Below the pieces are notes generated by a model. It saw only the letters and a program-made list of their open reading frames with translations, did not search any database and was not told the DNA's origin. Positions 1-9,041 of a stretch of 38,889 nucleotides of DNA are shown here, in pieces. The position numbers and the translations under genes were made by a program. The stretch's first letter is position 1; every line of letters begins with the position of its first letter. The stretch is from positions 1 through 38,889 of the IMG/VR virus record IMGVR_UViG_3300046739_000165; one strand, given 5' to 3'. The DNA is from a virus (Duplodnaviria; Caudoviricetes).

Positions 1-120
1 GAGACGCCGTTCATGGGGTTGCAGGCCGTGACTTGCACGCCCTACGACGGCTATTTTGTCATGAACTCCGATTACAACGCGGGCGGCAAAACGGTCGTAT
101 CTTTTCTAGTGACGAACTGA
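1..120 (+). CDS. 3' end of a probable virion protein (partial), paralog of the next gene
   Basis: Frame 1 reads ETPFMGLQAVTCTPYDGYFVMNSDYNAGGKTVVSFLVTN* to TGA at 118-120. It aligns ungapped (11/39 identical) with the C-terminus of 123..437. Confidence 0.7.
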   Translation, partial: ETPFMGLQAVTCTPYDGYFVMNSDYNAGGKTVVSFLVTN

Positions 121-122
121 TC

Positions 123-437
123 ATGCTGCGCAGCGCAGGCGGTGCGGGGCTCAATCCAGCGGTTCCGCTGACGCAGAATTTTATCGACAACGGCACTTCG
201 CCGGGGCCGCAGACGATGAACGTGCCCAGCGGAAAAATCTGCATCGGCGCGGGGCAGTCGCAAGTGCAAATCAACAACAATCTCGTAACGCCATCGAGCC
301 GGATCAACGTGCAACTGGAAACGATCGATGCGACATTGAAAAGCCTTGTCGTGCAACCGTTCTCGGCGGTTTTTCAGGTGAACGGCAATGCGAACGCGAC
401 GGGGCAAGTGACGATCAATTTTTCGATCATCAATTAG
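123..437 (+). CDS. Small beta-rich putative virion/decoration protein (104 aa)
   Basis: ATG at 123 immediately follows the upstream stop. The protein is N/G/T/V-rich and beta-strand-like, and lies in the head module. Confidence 0.7.
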   Translation: MLRSAGGAGLNPAVPLTQNFIDNGTSPGPQTMNVPSGKICIGAGQSQVQINNNLVTPSSRINVQLETIDATLKSLVVQPFSAVFQVNGNANATGQVTINFSIIN

Positions 438-441
438 TAGG

Positions 442-467
442 GCCGGTCAGAGGTCGATCGGTTTTTT
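442..467 (+). terminator. Possible intrinsic terminator
   Basis: GCCGGTC/GATCGGT stem (with G-U pairs) followed by a T run just after the stop at 437. Confidence 0.4.
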
Positions 468-513
468 CAAGCGCTCGGATCGTCGGTTGAGCGCACAACT
501 CGAAAGGTAAACA

Positions 514-1278
514 ATGGCTACCGAACTTCGCGTCGTACCCGTCGGCGTCCCGCAAGTGTTTCGCGCGCCGCAGGGCCGTTCGTTTCTGGCGATGCCCGCA
601 GGCGGTGTGGGCGGCGGATCGCTGCTGCTGGAATGGTCGCAGGACGGCGTTGTGTACAACGCCGCGCCGCAGGGTGCGTCCGTCAACCCGTACTCGCTGT
701 GCCCGCAAACGCTGGGCATCCAGCAACAGGGCTACGTCCGCGCGACGGCGGCGATCGCAGCCGGCGCGTGCGCGGCATCCGACGTTGCGCAAGTGCAGAA
801 TCAATCGCTGCGACAGGACTTGGTTCAGATGATCGCAACGCCGTGGACTTCGCAAGCGGTCGTGACGACGGAGCAAATCATCAACTCGGTCCGCTTCCCG
901 GCAGGAGCCTTGCCGGCGAATTGGTACGCCGAAATGGATTTGGAGTATTCGGCGTCCAACAACGCGAACGTCAAGACGCTCAAGGCGTATTTCGGCCCGA
1001 CGGGCAACGGCGGTACGGCGCTGGCATCGATGGCGCTAACGTCGTCGCTCAATGGCCGGGCCACGATCGGCGTGCGCGGCGCGGGCGATTTCGTGACGGT
1101 CGTTGGCGGATCGGTCGGCGCGGGGCTCGGCACCGGACTCGGCGCGGTCGCGCTGGTATCGTCCACGATCGCGAATTGGGCGCAGGCCGAACAGGAATTT
1201 TGTCTCACGCTGACGAAGGCGACGGCGGCGGACGTAGTTACGATCAACCGCGTCTGCACCCGTCTGTTCACGCAATAG
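514..1278 (+). CDS. Putative virion structural protein (254 aa)
   Basis: AAAGGT RBS then ATG. A/G/T/V-rich beta-type composition, located between portal and scaffold. Confidence 0.7.
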   Translation: MATELRVVPVGVPQVFRAPQGRSFLAMPAGGVGGGSLLLEWSQDGVVYNAAPQGASVNPYSLCPQTLGIQQQGYVRATAAIAAGACAASDVAQVQNQSLRQDLVQMIATPWTSQAVVTTEQIINSVRFPAGALPANWYAEMDLEYSASNNANVKTLKAYFGPTGNGGTALASMALTSSLNGRATIGVRGAGDFVTVVGGSVGAGLGTGLGAVALVSSTIANWAQAEQEFCLTLTKATAADVVTINRVCTRLFTQ

Positions 1279-1306
1279 CAGCATTGGACAGGCGGCGAAA
1301 ACGAGA

Positions 1307-1329
1307 CGCGACAGCGGTTGCGCTTTTTT
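1307..1329 (+). terminator. Possible intrinsic terminator
   Basis: CGCGAC-AGCG-GTTGCG hairpin followed by CTTTTTT. Confidence 0.35.
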
Positions 1330-1400
1330 CTGCCGAAGGCGCGATTAGTCAGTCGTTTCGCAAGTAGCCGCCGGTCCATCTTTTGAAGGGGTAGGTTTTC

Positions 1401-2363
1401 GTGCCGCCAGAACTGAATTTGCCGGGCATTACCGATGCCGGCGTGGCCGCGCCGACGCCAAGCGAGCAACAGCCCGCCGCGCCGGATAACACTTCGGGAC
1501 AGACGGCGACTCCCGACGCAGGATCGAGCGTATCGACCGTCCCGGCGAACATTCCTGCCGCGCCCGACACTGAACAGCCTGCGGAGGGCGAACAGCCCGC
1601 GCAGCCGCGTTCGCGTAGGGATAAACGGATTGAAGAACTGACGACGGACAAGCGCAACCTAGAGCGCTCCGTTGAGCGAATGGCCGCGCAGAACGAAGCG
1701 CTGGTAAAGCGAGTGCTTGATGGCTCGATGACGCCAGCAGCAGCGGGAAGGCAGGCCGACGACATTGCTGGGGAATTGGTTGCTCCTGACGAATCCAAGT
1801 ACACGGATTGGCGTGCGTACAACCGCGATCTGGCACGGTACGAGGCTCGGGTTGAAGTGCAGCAACAGCTTCAACGTGCGGCCCGCATGGCGCAGCAGAA
1901 CAATCAGGCAAGGCAAACGCAAGTCAATCAGCATCAGCGAGCCGTGGCGACGGAGCAGTTGCACGGCGTACTGGCGACGCAGATGCAGACGGCACTCGCG
2001 AAGTATCCGGATTACGTTGACGTTATCGAAGCGGGCGGCGGGAACGAACTGCCGATCAACATCGAAGCGGCGATGGCAGTTACCGGGCACGGCGGCGATA
2101 TTGCGTACTACCTTGCCAAGCATCCCCATGTCGTGCCGCAGCTTGCGGCTTTGCCTGACGTTGCGCTTGGGCATCAGATGGGCGTCATCGCCAACTATAT
2201 GCGCTCGCAGTCCGCCGCCATATCCAATGCCCCGCCGCCCGGTCGCCCGGGCGGAAGTCGCGGCGGCGGTCCTGCGGACTACCCGCAGAATGCAACCCCG
2301 GAGCAGCATAAGGCTTGGGTTGCAGCGCACTCGCCGCAGCCGCGCAACGCGAAAAGGAATTAG
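1401..2363 (+). CDS. Capsid scaffolding protein
   Basis: Acidic, Pro-rich N-terminus, KRIEELT coiled coil, KYPDY and GGDIAYYLAKHP motifs typical of P22-like scaffolds. Directly upstream of the coat gene. Confidence 0.85.
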   Translation: MPPELNLPGITDAGVAAPTPSEQQPAAPDNTSGQTATPDAGSSVSTVPANIPAAPDTEQPAEGEQPAQPRSRRDKRIEELTTDKRNLERSVERMAAQNEALVKRVLDGSMTPAAAGRQADDIAGELVAPDESKYTDWRAYNRDLARYEARVEVQQQLQRAARMAQQNNQARQTQVNQHQRAVATEQLHGVLATQMQTALAKYPDYVDVIEAGGGNELPINIEAAMAVTGHGGDIAYYLAKHPHVVPQLAALPDVALGHQMGVIANYMRSQSAAISNAPPPGRPGGSRGGGPADYPQNATPEQHKAWVAAHSPQPRNAKRN

Positions 2364-2365
2364 CC

Positions 2366-3589
2366 GTGCCTAATCAAATCCTCACGCCGGTAATGATCAC
2401 GAATGAAGCCGTGATCGTGCTGGAAAATCAGTGTAACGGCGTCCGCTTTTTCGATTCGTCCTACAGCGATCAATTCGCGAAAGACGGAGCGAAGATCGGC
2501 GCAGTTTTGAACGTGCGCAAACCGGCCCGCTACGTCGGGCGGCAGGGCGCGGTGCTTTCGGTGGAGGATCAGACCGAAACGCAAGTGCCGCTCGTTTTGA
2601 CGACGCAATTCGGTGTGGACGTTCAATTCACATCGCAAGACCTTACGCTGTCGTTGCAGGACTTTTCAAAGCGCGTGCTGATGCCGCAGATGGCCGTGAT
2701 CCGCAACCGGATCGACGCCGACTGCTGCCTGCAAGCGCAGAACGTGGCGAATCTTGTCGGCACGCCGGGCACTCCGCCGAACACGCTCGCGATCCTGCTG
2801 GGCGTGAAACAGAAGTTGCTGGAAATGGGCGCACCGAACGACGGGCAGCTTTATCAACTGCTCGGGCCTGCCGCGAATACGTCTCTGATCAGCGGGCTAT
2901 CGACGCTGTTCAATTCGTCCACGCGGATCGCGGAGCAGTACGAAGATGGCATCATCGCCGACGCGGCGGGCCTGAAAATCGCGATCGACCAAAACACGAT
3001 GACGCAAGTTGTCGGACCGCTGGGCGGATCGCCAGTGATCAACGGCGCGGGGCAAGGGCTGGCGACAGGCTGGGCGTACAGCATGAACTTGCTGGTGAAC
3101 GGCTGGAACGCCGCGATTGCGCCGCGCCTGAATGCGGGCGATGTATTTACGATCGTCGGTTGTTTCGCGGTCAACCCGCAAAACCGGAAGTCAACGGGCG
3201 CGTTGCAGCAATTCGTCGTGCAGGCAAACGTGTCGAGTGACGTTACGGGCGCATCGGTGATCCCGGTTGTGCCGGCAGCGATCTTCGGCGGGCAATTCCA
3301 GAACGTGACGGCGAGCCCGATCGCGAACAATGCGATCACGGTTTCCGGCACGGCCAACGCGAACCTTCCGCAAAATCTCGCCTTTCACAAGTCGGCGTTC
3401 ACGATCGCGTTTGCCGATCTGATCATGCCGAAGGGCGTCGATATGGCGGAGCGTCGCAACTACAAGTCGATCAGCCTGCGCGTGATCCGCGCCTACGATA
3501 TCAACAACGATCGCTTCCCGTCTCGGACCGACGTACTGTACGGCATCAAGGCCGTCTATCCGGAATTGGCCTGTCGCCTGACGAACTGA
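2366..3589 (+). CDS. Major capsid protein, P22 gp5 coat family
   Basis: GTG at 2366 after an AAAAGGAA RBS. N-terminal PNQILTPVMITNEA...GAKIG..LNVRKPARY and C-terminal YDINND...R.DVLYG....PELACR motifs of the P22 coat family. Confidence 0.93.
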   Translation: MPNQILTPVMITNEAVIVLENQCNGVRFFDSSYSDQFAKDGAKIGAVLNVRKPARYVGRQGAVLSVEDQTETQVPLVLTTQFGVDVQFTSQDLTLSLQDFSKRVLMPQMAVIRNRIDADCCLQAQNVANLVGTPGTPPNTLAILLGVKQKLLEMGAPNDGQLYQLLGPAANTSLISGLSTLFNSSTRIAEQYEDGIIADAAGLKIAIDQNTMTQVVGPLGGSPVINGAGQGLATGWAYSMNLLVNGWNAAIAPRLNAGDVFTIVGCFAVNPQNRKSTGALQQFVVQANVSSDVTGASVIPVVPAAIFGGQFQNVTASPIANNAITVSGTANANLPQNLAFHKSAFTIAFADLIMPKGVDMAERRNYKSISLRVIRAYDINNDRFPSRTDVLYGIKAVYPELACRLTN

Positions 3590-3611
3590 TTTTGCTCCTG
3601 CTGGTGGTTAT

Positions 3612-3640
3612 CCCGGGGGCGCATCGCTCCCGGGTTTTTT
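3612..3640 (+). terminator. Intrinsic terminator after the coat gene
   Basis: CCCGGGGGCG-CAT-CGCTCCCGGG 10-bp stem followed by TTTTTT. Confidence 0.75.
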
Positions 3641-3658
3641 CCGAAGGAAATTTGAAAC

Positions 3659-4132
3659 ATGGGACTCCCTGAATTGAACAAGCTGTCCGACGCGGAATAC
3701 AAGCAACTGACGCCGGAACAACTGATGATGTACAACAAGGAAATGCCGAAGATGGACTATGACAATCAGTACAGTCACAAGTCCTATCCGACGGCGCAAT
3801 ATCAGTTGCAGAACAATCCGGACGGATCGAAGCGGCTTGTCTCCGTCGTCGTCGCATCGCCCGAAGCGAAAGCGAAACTGATCGGCGATTGGCGCGACAC
3901 GCCGAAGGATTGGGGCGTGATCACGCATCCGGGCGTCGATCCGGAGATTATGGACGCCGGCTACGCCTTCAACGTGCCGCTGCCATCGATCGAGGCGGAA
4001 GTATCGGAGCCGATCGGGCAAGCGGCGATCGAAGTGCCTGCGCCAGAAGTGCAGGAGCCCGCAGCGGAGCCCGCAGCGGAGCCTGCGCCGGAAGTGCCGA
4101 ATGGTCCCGCTCGGGCCAAGGCTCGCGGTTAA
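3659..4132 (+). CDS. Hypothetical head-module protein with acidic EPAA-repeat tail
   Basis: AAGGA RBS, 157-aa ORF. GGAGCCCGCAGC tandem repeats near 4054-4090. Confidence 0.75.
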   Translation: MGLPELNKLSDAEYKQLTPEQLMMYNKEMPKMDYDNQYSHKSYPTAQYQLQNNPDGSKRLVSVVVASPEAKAKLIGDWRDTPKDWGVITHPGVDPEIMDAGYAFNVPLPSIEAEVSEPIGQAAIEVPAPEVQEPAAEPAAEPAPEVPNGPARAKARG

Positions 4133-4376
4133 GCGCGGCGTCGGCGAGCGCGCGTTGGCGTGGGGGCTCGTATTGCCCGCGCCGGATAGCCGCGACTCCT
4201 ACTGCGGCGAAGTGCTTGCCGCAGGCGATCCGCATCGCGTGCGCAACAAGCGCCTGCCGCTTGAAGTGAAGGCGGGGGACCGCATCGTGTATTCGTCGCG
4301 CGTCGATTGCTTCAAGGTCGGCGACGACGACATTGATATTGTCGAAGAAAATTCCGTGATTGGAGTATTGGCATGA
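4101..4376 (+). CDS. groES: Co-chaperonin GroES/Cpn10 homolog (single domain)
   Basis: PLGPRLAVKR...WGLVLP (mobile loop)...GEVLAAG...PLEVKAGDRIVY...IVEENSVIGVL matches GroES PLHDRVIVKR...GGIVL...GEVLAVG...PLDVKVGD.V.F...SESDILAIV. Confidence 0.88.
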   Translation: MVPLGPRLAVKRGVGERALAWGLVLPAPDSRDSYCGEVLAAGDPHRVRNKRLPLEVKAGDRIVYSSRVDCFKVGDDDIDIVEENSVIGVLA

Positions 4377-5074
4377 CGACGGCCAACGACATTATCCGCG
4401 ACGCCTTCCTGTTCGCGACGATCGGCGATCAGTACAACCCGCAGGATGCGACTTCGCAGAACGGCGCGCTGGGGATGCTGAACAGCATGATCGATGCCTA
4501 CTCGACGCAGGAATTGACGATCTTCGGTTACACCGAAGGATCGATACCGCTTGCCGTCGGCGTCTCCCCGATTCAAGTCGGGCCGGCGATGGGGCTCAAT
4601 GTGCGCCCGCCGACGGCGGAAGCGATCACGATCGTTGATACATCGAACGTATCGCATCCGGTCAAGATTATCGGCGTGCAGCAATGGGCCGATATCACAT
4701 ACAAGCCTGCACCCGGGCGTCCGGAGTGTGTTTACATCGATGGCGAAGCGCCGATATCGAATTGGTTTCTGTGGCCGCTGCCGGCGATGCTGGGCGACGT
4801 TATGCACGTTTGGTACTGGCAGCAGTTGCCGCAATTCGCAGCGCTCACGAACACGCTGGTCGCGCCGCCCGGGTACGAACTGTTCCTGAAAACGACGCTC
4901 GGCGTCATGCTGGCGGCAATGAACAAAAAGGAACTGCCGGCAACGTCGCTGCGCATCGCGCGCAGCGCGAAAGCGGATGCGCGCCGCCTGTCGAATCAGC
5001 CGCGCGTGCTGTCGCTCGATGTGCCGATGCCTAGCGCGCCGTGGTTCAATGTCTACACCGGAGGTCCGCTTTGA
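4373..5074 (+). CDS. Head-tail adaptor, P22 gp4-like
   Basis: MTTANDIIRDA...ALGMLNSMID N-terminus and PPGYE motif. Sits between coat and gp10-like genes, with ATGA coupling. Confidence 0.75.
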   Translation: MTTANDIIRDAFLFATIGDQYNPQDATSQNGALGMLNSMIDAYSTQELTIFGYTEGSIPLAVGVSPIQVGPAMGLNVRPPTAEAITIVDTSNVSHPVKIIGVQQWADITYKPAPGRPECVYIDGEAPISNWFLWPLPAMLGDVMHVWYWQQLPQFAALTNTLVAPPGYELFLKTTLGVMLAAMNKKELPATSLRIARSAKADARRLSNQPRVLSLDVPMPSAPWFNVYTGGPL

Positions 5075-5685
5075 GCCTTCCGTTCCGCCCGATTCAGGAT
5101 ATCGTCGTGTGCCGCAAGGATCACGCGGAGCGCTTGACGGCGGCGGGCCTGCTGATACCGCACGTTACCGATCCGGATCGCCAGTGGACCGACGATCGCG
5201 ATATCGCGGAAGTGCTGGGCGCGGGCGATGGCAAGTTGCTCGCCAACGGAATGCGCCGGCCTATGAGTGTGAAGGTCGGCGATCGAATCGTATTCGGCAG
5301 GAACAAAGGGCAATCGATCCGCCTGCACGAAACGGACTATTGCGTGCTGCGCGAGGAACACGTTATCGGTCGGTTGACCGCATCCGGCCTTGAGCCGTTA
5401 AACGGCGTTGTAATCGCGCAGCCCATTAACGGGGAACGCACGCTCGATTCGGGCGTCGTTGTGCCGCAAAGCGCGGACGATCGGCAGGAAGCGATCGTTG
5501 TCGCCGTCGGCCCCGGCGACGTTGGCGACGACGGCGAACTAGAGCCGACGACAGTGCGGCCCGGCGACCGTATCCTGTACAACGCACGCATGGGCGAGCC
5601 GTTCCAGCAAGGCGATCGGGAATTGGTCGCGATGCGCGAGTCGCATATCGTCTGCATCGTGGAGCGCCTCAATGGCGGTCCCTGA
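5071..5685 (+). CDS. Tandem double-domain GroES (Cpn20-like) co-chaperonin
   Basis: TTG at 5071 after GGAGG. Domain 1: FRPIQDIVV...TAAGLLIP...EVLGAGDG...VKVGDRIVF...LREEHVIG. Domain 2: LEPLNGVVI...TLDSGVVVP...VVAVGPG...VRPGDRILY...MRESHIVCIV. Confidence 0.88.
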   Translation: MSLPFRPIQDIVVCRKDHAERLTAAGLLIPHVTDPDRQWTDDRDIAEVLGAGDGKLLANGMRRPMSVKVGDRIVFGRNKGQSIRLHETDYCVLREEHVIGRLTASGLEPLNGVVIAQPINGERTLDSGVVVPQSADDRQEAIVVAVGPGDVGDDGELEPTTVRPGDRILYNARMGEPFQQGDRELVAMRESHIVCIVERLNGGP

Positions 5686-7111
5686 CGGCACGGTTGTTCC
5701 CCTTTTCGGCACCGGCTTTTTCCGCAAGTCGTCAACGGTTGTCGCGCAAACTCTAGTCAATCTGTATCGCGAGCCGCAAGTCCCGACGCCCGACGGCACG
5801 CCGATGGCGTTCTATGGCACGGTCGGCAAGACGCTGTTTACGGCGATTGGCACGCTCCCCTGTCGCGGCGCGCGCCAAGTCGGGCCGCTGTTTTACTACG
5901 CCGTCCACGGCAATACGCTGTACTCGGTCAACACGATCGGAACGTACACGGCGCTGGGAATGCTGTTGAGCAGCAACGGGCGCGTCGATATGACCGACAA
6001 CGGCGTGCAACTGCTGATCGTTGACGGGCTCGCCGGCTACGTCCTGACGCTCGCGACGAACACGCTCGCGCCGATCGTTGATCCGAACTTCCCGGGCGGC
6101 GCGCAAACGTGTACGACGCTCAACGGATACGGCATCGTGGACAACAACGGAGCCAAGCCGGGACAATTCAATTGGAGCGCGCAGTACGATTACATGGTTT
6201 GGGACGGGCTGGACTTCGCCAACGCCGAAGGCAATCCGGACGCGCTGGTGCGAGTGTTCGCCAATGCCGGGGACTTGTACCTTTTCGGGACTGTCTCGAT
6301 GGAGGTATGGTCCCCGTCGGGTGATCAGGCGATATTCCGGCGCGTCGGCGGCGCGGCGATGGAATGGGGACTTGCGGCGGTTTGGTCGCTCGACAAATTC
6401 TCCGATACGTCGCTGGTGTTTCTCGGCAAGAACAAGCTGGGCCAAGTGCAGCCCGTTCAAGTCGTCGGGTACACAACGAAGATTTTGGTCGATTCGTCCG
6501 TGCCAAGCGGTCCGGACGTTGCCAACGATATCAATACGCGCGTGCCGGCGAGCGCGACCGGGTATGCCTACGTCCGCGACGCGCACACGTTCTATCAACT
6601 GAACTACCCGGATCGATCGTACCTGTTCGATTCGCTGTCGAATTCATGGTCCCTGTCGCAAAGCGGGCTGACGCCGGGCCGCGACTCGGGAGAAATTCGG
6701 ATTGAAGTTTTCGGAACGCCTTACGTCTCCGATTACAGCAATGGGAATTGGTACTCGCAATCCGATCTTGTCTATACCGACAACGGCAATCCGATCCTGC
6801 GCGAAATTACCACGCGACACGCGGTTGCGAATTTCGATCCGTTCGCGGTGCATGAACTGTACATCGAGTTTGAGCCGGGCGTCGGGCTCGCCGTCGGACA
6901 GGGCAGCAACCCGCAGGCGATGCTGCAATGGTCGAAAGATGGCGGGCGCACCTTCGGCGTTGAAGTGTGGCAACCGATCGGCCTGATGGGGCAATACCTT
7001 AATCGCGCCGTGTGGCGCAATCTCGGCATCGCACGCGATTGGGTTTTCCGCCTGCGCGTCACTGATCCGGTAAAGGTCGTCATCGCGAACGCTGCGATGC
7101 GCGTGTCATGA
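5672..7111 (+). CDS. Tail hub/nozzle (packaged DNA stabilization protein), P22 gp10-like
   Basis: FANAEGNPD motif and the C-terminal signature MLQWSKDGGRTFG...G.MGQY..R.VWRNLG.ARDWVFRLRVTDPVKVVI. Confidence 0.88.
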   Translation: MAVPDGTVVPLFGTGFFRKSSTVVAQTLVNLYREPQVPTPDGTPMAFYGTVGKTLFTAIGTLPCRGARQVGPLFYYAVHGNTLYSVNTIGTYTALGMLLSSNGRVDMTDNGVQLLIVDGLAGYVLTLATNTLAPIVDPNFPGGAQTCTTLNGYGIVDNNGAKPGQFNWSAQYDYMVWDGLDFANAEGNPDALVRVFANAGDLYLFGTVSMEVWSPSGDQAIFRRVGGAAMEWGLAAVWSLDKFSDTSLVFLGKNKLGQVQPVQVVGYTTKILVDSSVPSGPDVANDINTRVPASATGYAYVRDAHTFYQLNYPDRSYLFDSLSNSWSLSQSGLTPGRDSGEIRIEVFGTPYVSDYSNGNWYSQSDLVYTDNGNPILREITTRHAVANFDPFAVHELYIEFEPGVGLAVGQGSNPQAMLQWSKDGGRTFGVEVWQPIGLMGQYLNRAVWRNLGIARDWVFRLRVTDPVKVVIANAAMRVS

Positions 7112-8391
7112 CAGCGACCGTTCTCCCGATCGATCCGGTTTCGCGCCAGCTAGAGCAGTACAGCAGGGGCGATCAACGCGCGCTGCTGCATCTGCTCAAT
7201 CAGCTTCGCGCCGGCATACTTGCGGGCGGCGGCGGCGGAACGTCCATCTTCTACAACGTCATGGACTTTGGCGCGGTCGGCGATGGCGTGACCGACGACA
7301 CGGCGTCGTTTCAGGCAGCGCACGATGCGATGACGGTGCTAGGCGGCGTCGTGTATGCGCCAGCAGGAACGTATGCCATCGCCGGCACGATCACGTTTTC
7401 TAAGCCGATGACGTTCCTTGGCGATGGCATGGGCTCGACGATCATCAAGGCGACGGCGGGGACCGGCGACATATTCCTGATGACGGGAGCGCGTCAGCGC
7501 TTGACCGGATTTCAAATTCAGGCCGGCGTGCCGCAGACCGCAGATGCTTATGTGCATTACTCCGCTACAGCATCGGGGCAGATGATCGACCATTTTTATC
7601 TGGATGGCTGGTTTCGCGGAATCTTGTGGGAAGGCATCGCTAGGCTCTATGCGGATCACGGATACTTGTTCAATGGCGTTACGGCGACAGGCAACGGGAT
7701 CACGATTCAAACAGGCGCAAACAATGATATTCGTCTAACGTATCTGTCGTTTGACGGTCCGGTTGCGATTGGGGCGCAAGCGGCAATCGGAATTTTCATC
7801 GTGCAGGGGACCAACATCATCGTGCAGAATTGCGCGATCCTGCATCATGTAAACGCCATTGCATCCACGCCCGGAAACGGACAGGCAGTTACATCGTTGA
7901 CGATCAGCGAGTGCATTTGCGACGGATGCGGCACTCGCTCGATCATCCTGCGCCCGATAGCAGCATCGACCGGCGCGATTTCGCGCGTCAGGATCGCCAA
8001 CTGCCAACTGTCCAACGCCCCGCAGCATGGCATCCTGCTCGACTCGCGCGGCGGCACGATAAACAACGTCGATATTGTGAACGTGCAGGCGTTCAACAAT
8101 ACGCTCGACGGAATTCAGCTACTAGGATTCGGCACCTTGAAAGACGTAAACATTCTCGGCGGTGCATTCTCCAACAACCGAGACGGCATTCGCGTCGGGG
8201 ACGGCGTAACCGGCGTAACGGATTTTGCGGTGCATGGCATTCGTGCGACAGGAAACACTGGATGGGGGATCAACGTAACGCTCGCGGCCTGCACCAATTA
8301 TCGACTGCTCGACAACGACGATCGCGGCAATACGGCAGGCCCGATTCAGGACTTGGGCGTTGTGCCAAAGATCGTGGCGAACAACCTATGA
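7108..8391 (+). CDS. Tail spike/needle with pectate-lyase-type right-handed beta-helix (putative depolymerase)
   Basis: NVMDFGAVGDGVTDDTASFQAA and VYAPAGTY (Pectate_lyase_3 N-cap) followed by NNxxDGI beta-helix rungs. Confidence 0.85.
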   Translation: MTATVLPIDPVSRQLEQYSRGDQRALLHLLNQLRAGILAGGGGGTSIFYNVMDFGAVGDGVTDDTASFQAAHDAMTVLGGVVYAPAGTYAIAGTITFSKPMTFLGDGMGSTIIKATAGTGDIFLMTGARQRLTGFQIQAGVPQTADAYVHYSATASGQMIDHFYLDGWFRGILWEGIARLYADHGYLFNGVTATGNGITIQTGANNDIRLTYLSFDGPVAIGAQAAIGIFIVQGTNIIVQNCAILHHVNAIASTPGNGQAVTSLTISECICDGCGTRSIILRPIAASTGAISRVRIANCQLSNAPQHGILLDSRGGTINNVDIVNVQAFNNTLDGIQLLGFGTLKDVNILGGAFSNNRDGIRVGDGVTGVTDFAVHGIRATGNTGWGINVTLAACTNYRLLDNDDRGNTAGPIQDLGVVPKIVANNL

Positions 8392-9041
8392 CAGCGCCGC
8401 CATTCGATCAGACGGTGGACATGGGCGCGGACGGCAATACGTTTCTTGTGGATGCGTCGCAGCCGCACGGATTCAGGTTTGCCGCTCCGGCTGGGGGATT
8501 GGGCGGCGCAATGACGAAGATCGGACAGGTAATTTGTACAGCAGGGCAACCGCAAGTCGCCTTTGCGTCCACCGTTGGCCTGCCGTGGACGCAATTCACA
8601 TCGCTGCGCGTTACCTTTCAGGGACGCGACACGCAAAATTCGGGTGCGCTTGTCTGTCGTGTCATCGTTAATGGAGATAACGTAACGACGAACTACAGCA
8701 ATTCATCGCAGATGGCCGGAAGCGGTGGTACGCCAACCGGAACAAGTATTGCGCCGACAGCGGCAGGCGCGGCGATATGCGAAATTCCGGGCAGCAACAG
8801 CGGCAACAATTATGCGCAGGGCGTCATTGATATTATCAATTCCTATACGCCGTCAGGTTTTTGGAAAACATTTCAATCCGACTGCATGGAGGTCGTCGGG
8901 GCCAGCGTGTTCATTATCAAGTACGCTTTCCTGTACAAGCCCGCTGGCGGCGGCGCTCCCCCAGTGACCAATTTGAATTTCAATGCGGGCGGCGTTGGCT
9001 TTGCCGCTAACATGGCTTGGACTCTATACGGCATTTCATGA
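8388..9041 (+). CDS. Putative tail-associated protein (217 aa) ending in TLYGIS
   Basis: ATGA-coupled to the spike gene. Beta-rich with a C-terminal TLYGI motif, as seen in phage tail-region proteins. Confidence 0.7.
   Translation: MTAPPFDQTVDMGADGNTFLVDASQPHGFRFAAPAGGLGGAMTKIGQVICTAGQPQVAFASTVGLPWTQFTSLRVTFQGRDTQNSGALVCRVIVNGDNVTTNYSNSSQMAGSGGTPTGTSIAPTAAGAAICEIPGSNSGNNYAQGVIDIINSYTPSGFWKTFQSDCMEVVGASVFIIKYAFLYKPAGGGAPPVTNLNFNAGGVGFAANMAWTLYGIS

Noticed and set aside
7830-8387. N-terminal extensions in the ORF track (7830, 16579, 2315, 5041, 33, 27031, 19942)
   Set aside because: Most overlap upstream genes. RBS position and stop-start coupling support the downstream starts 8388, 17095, 2366, 5071, 123, 26698 and 19891.
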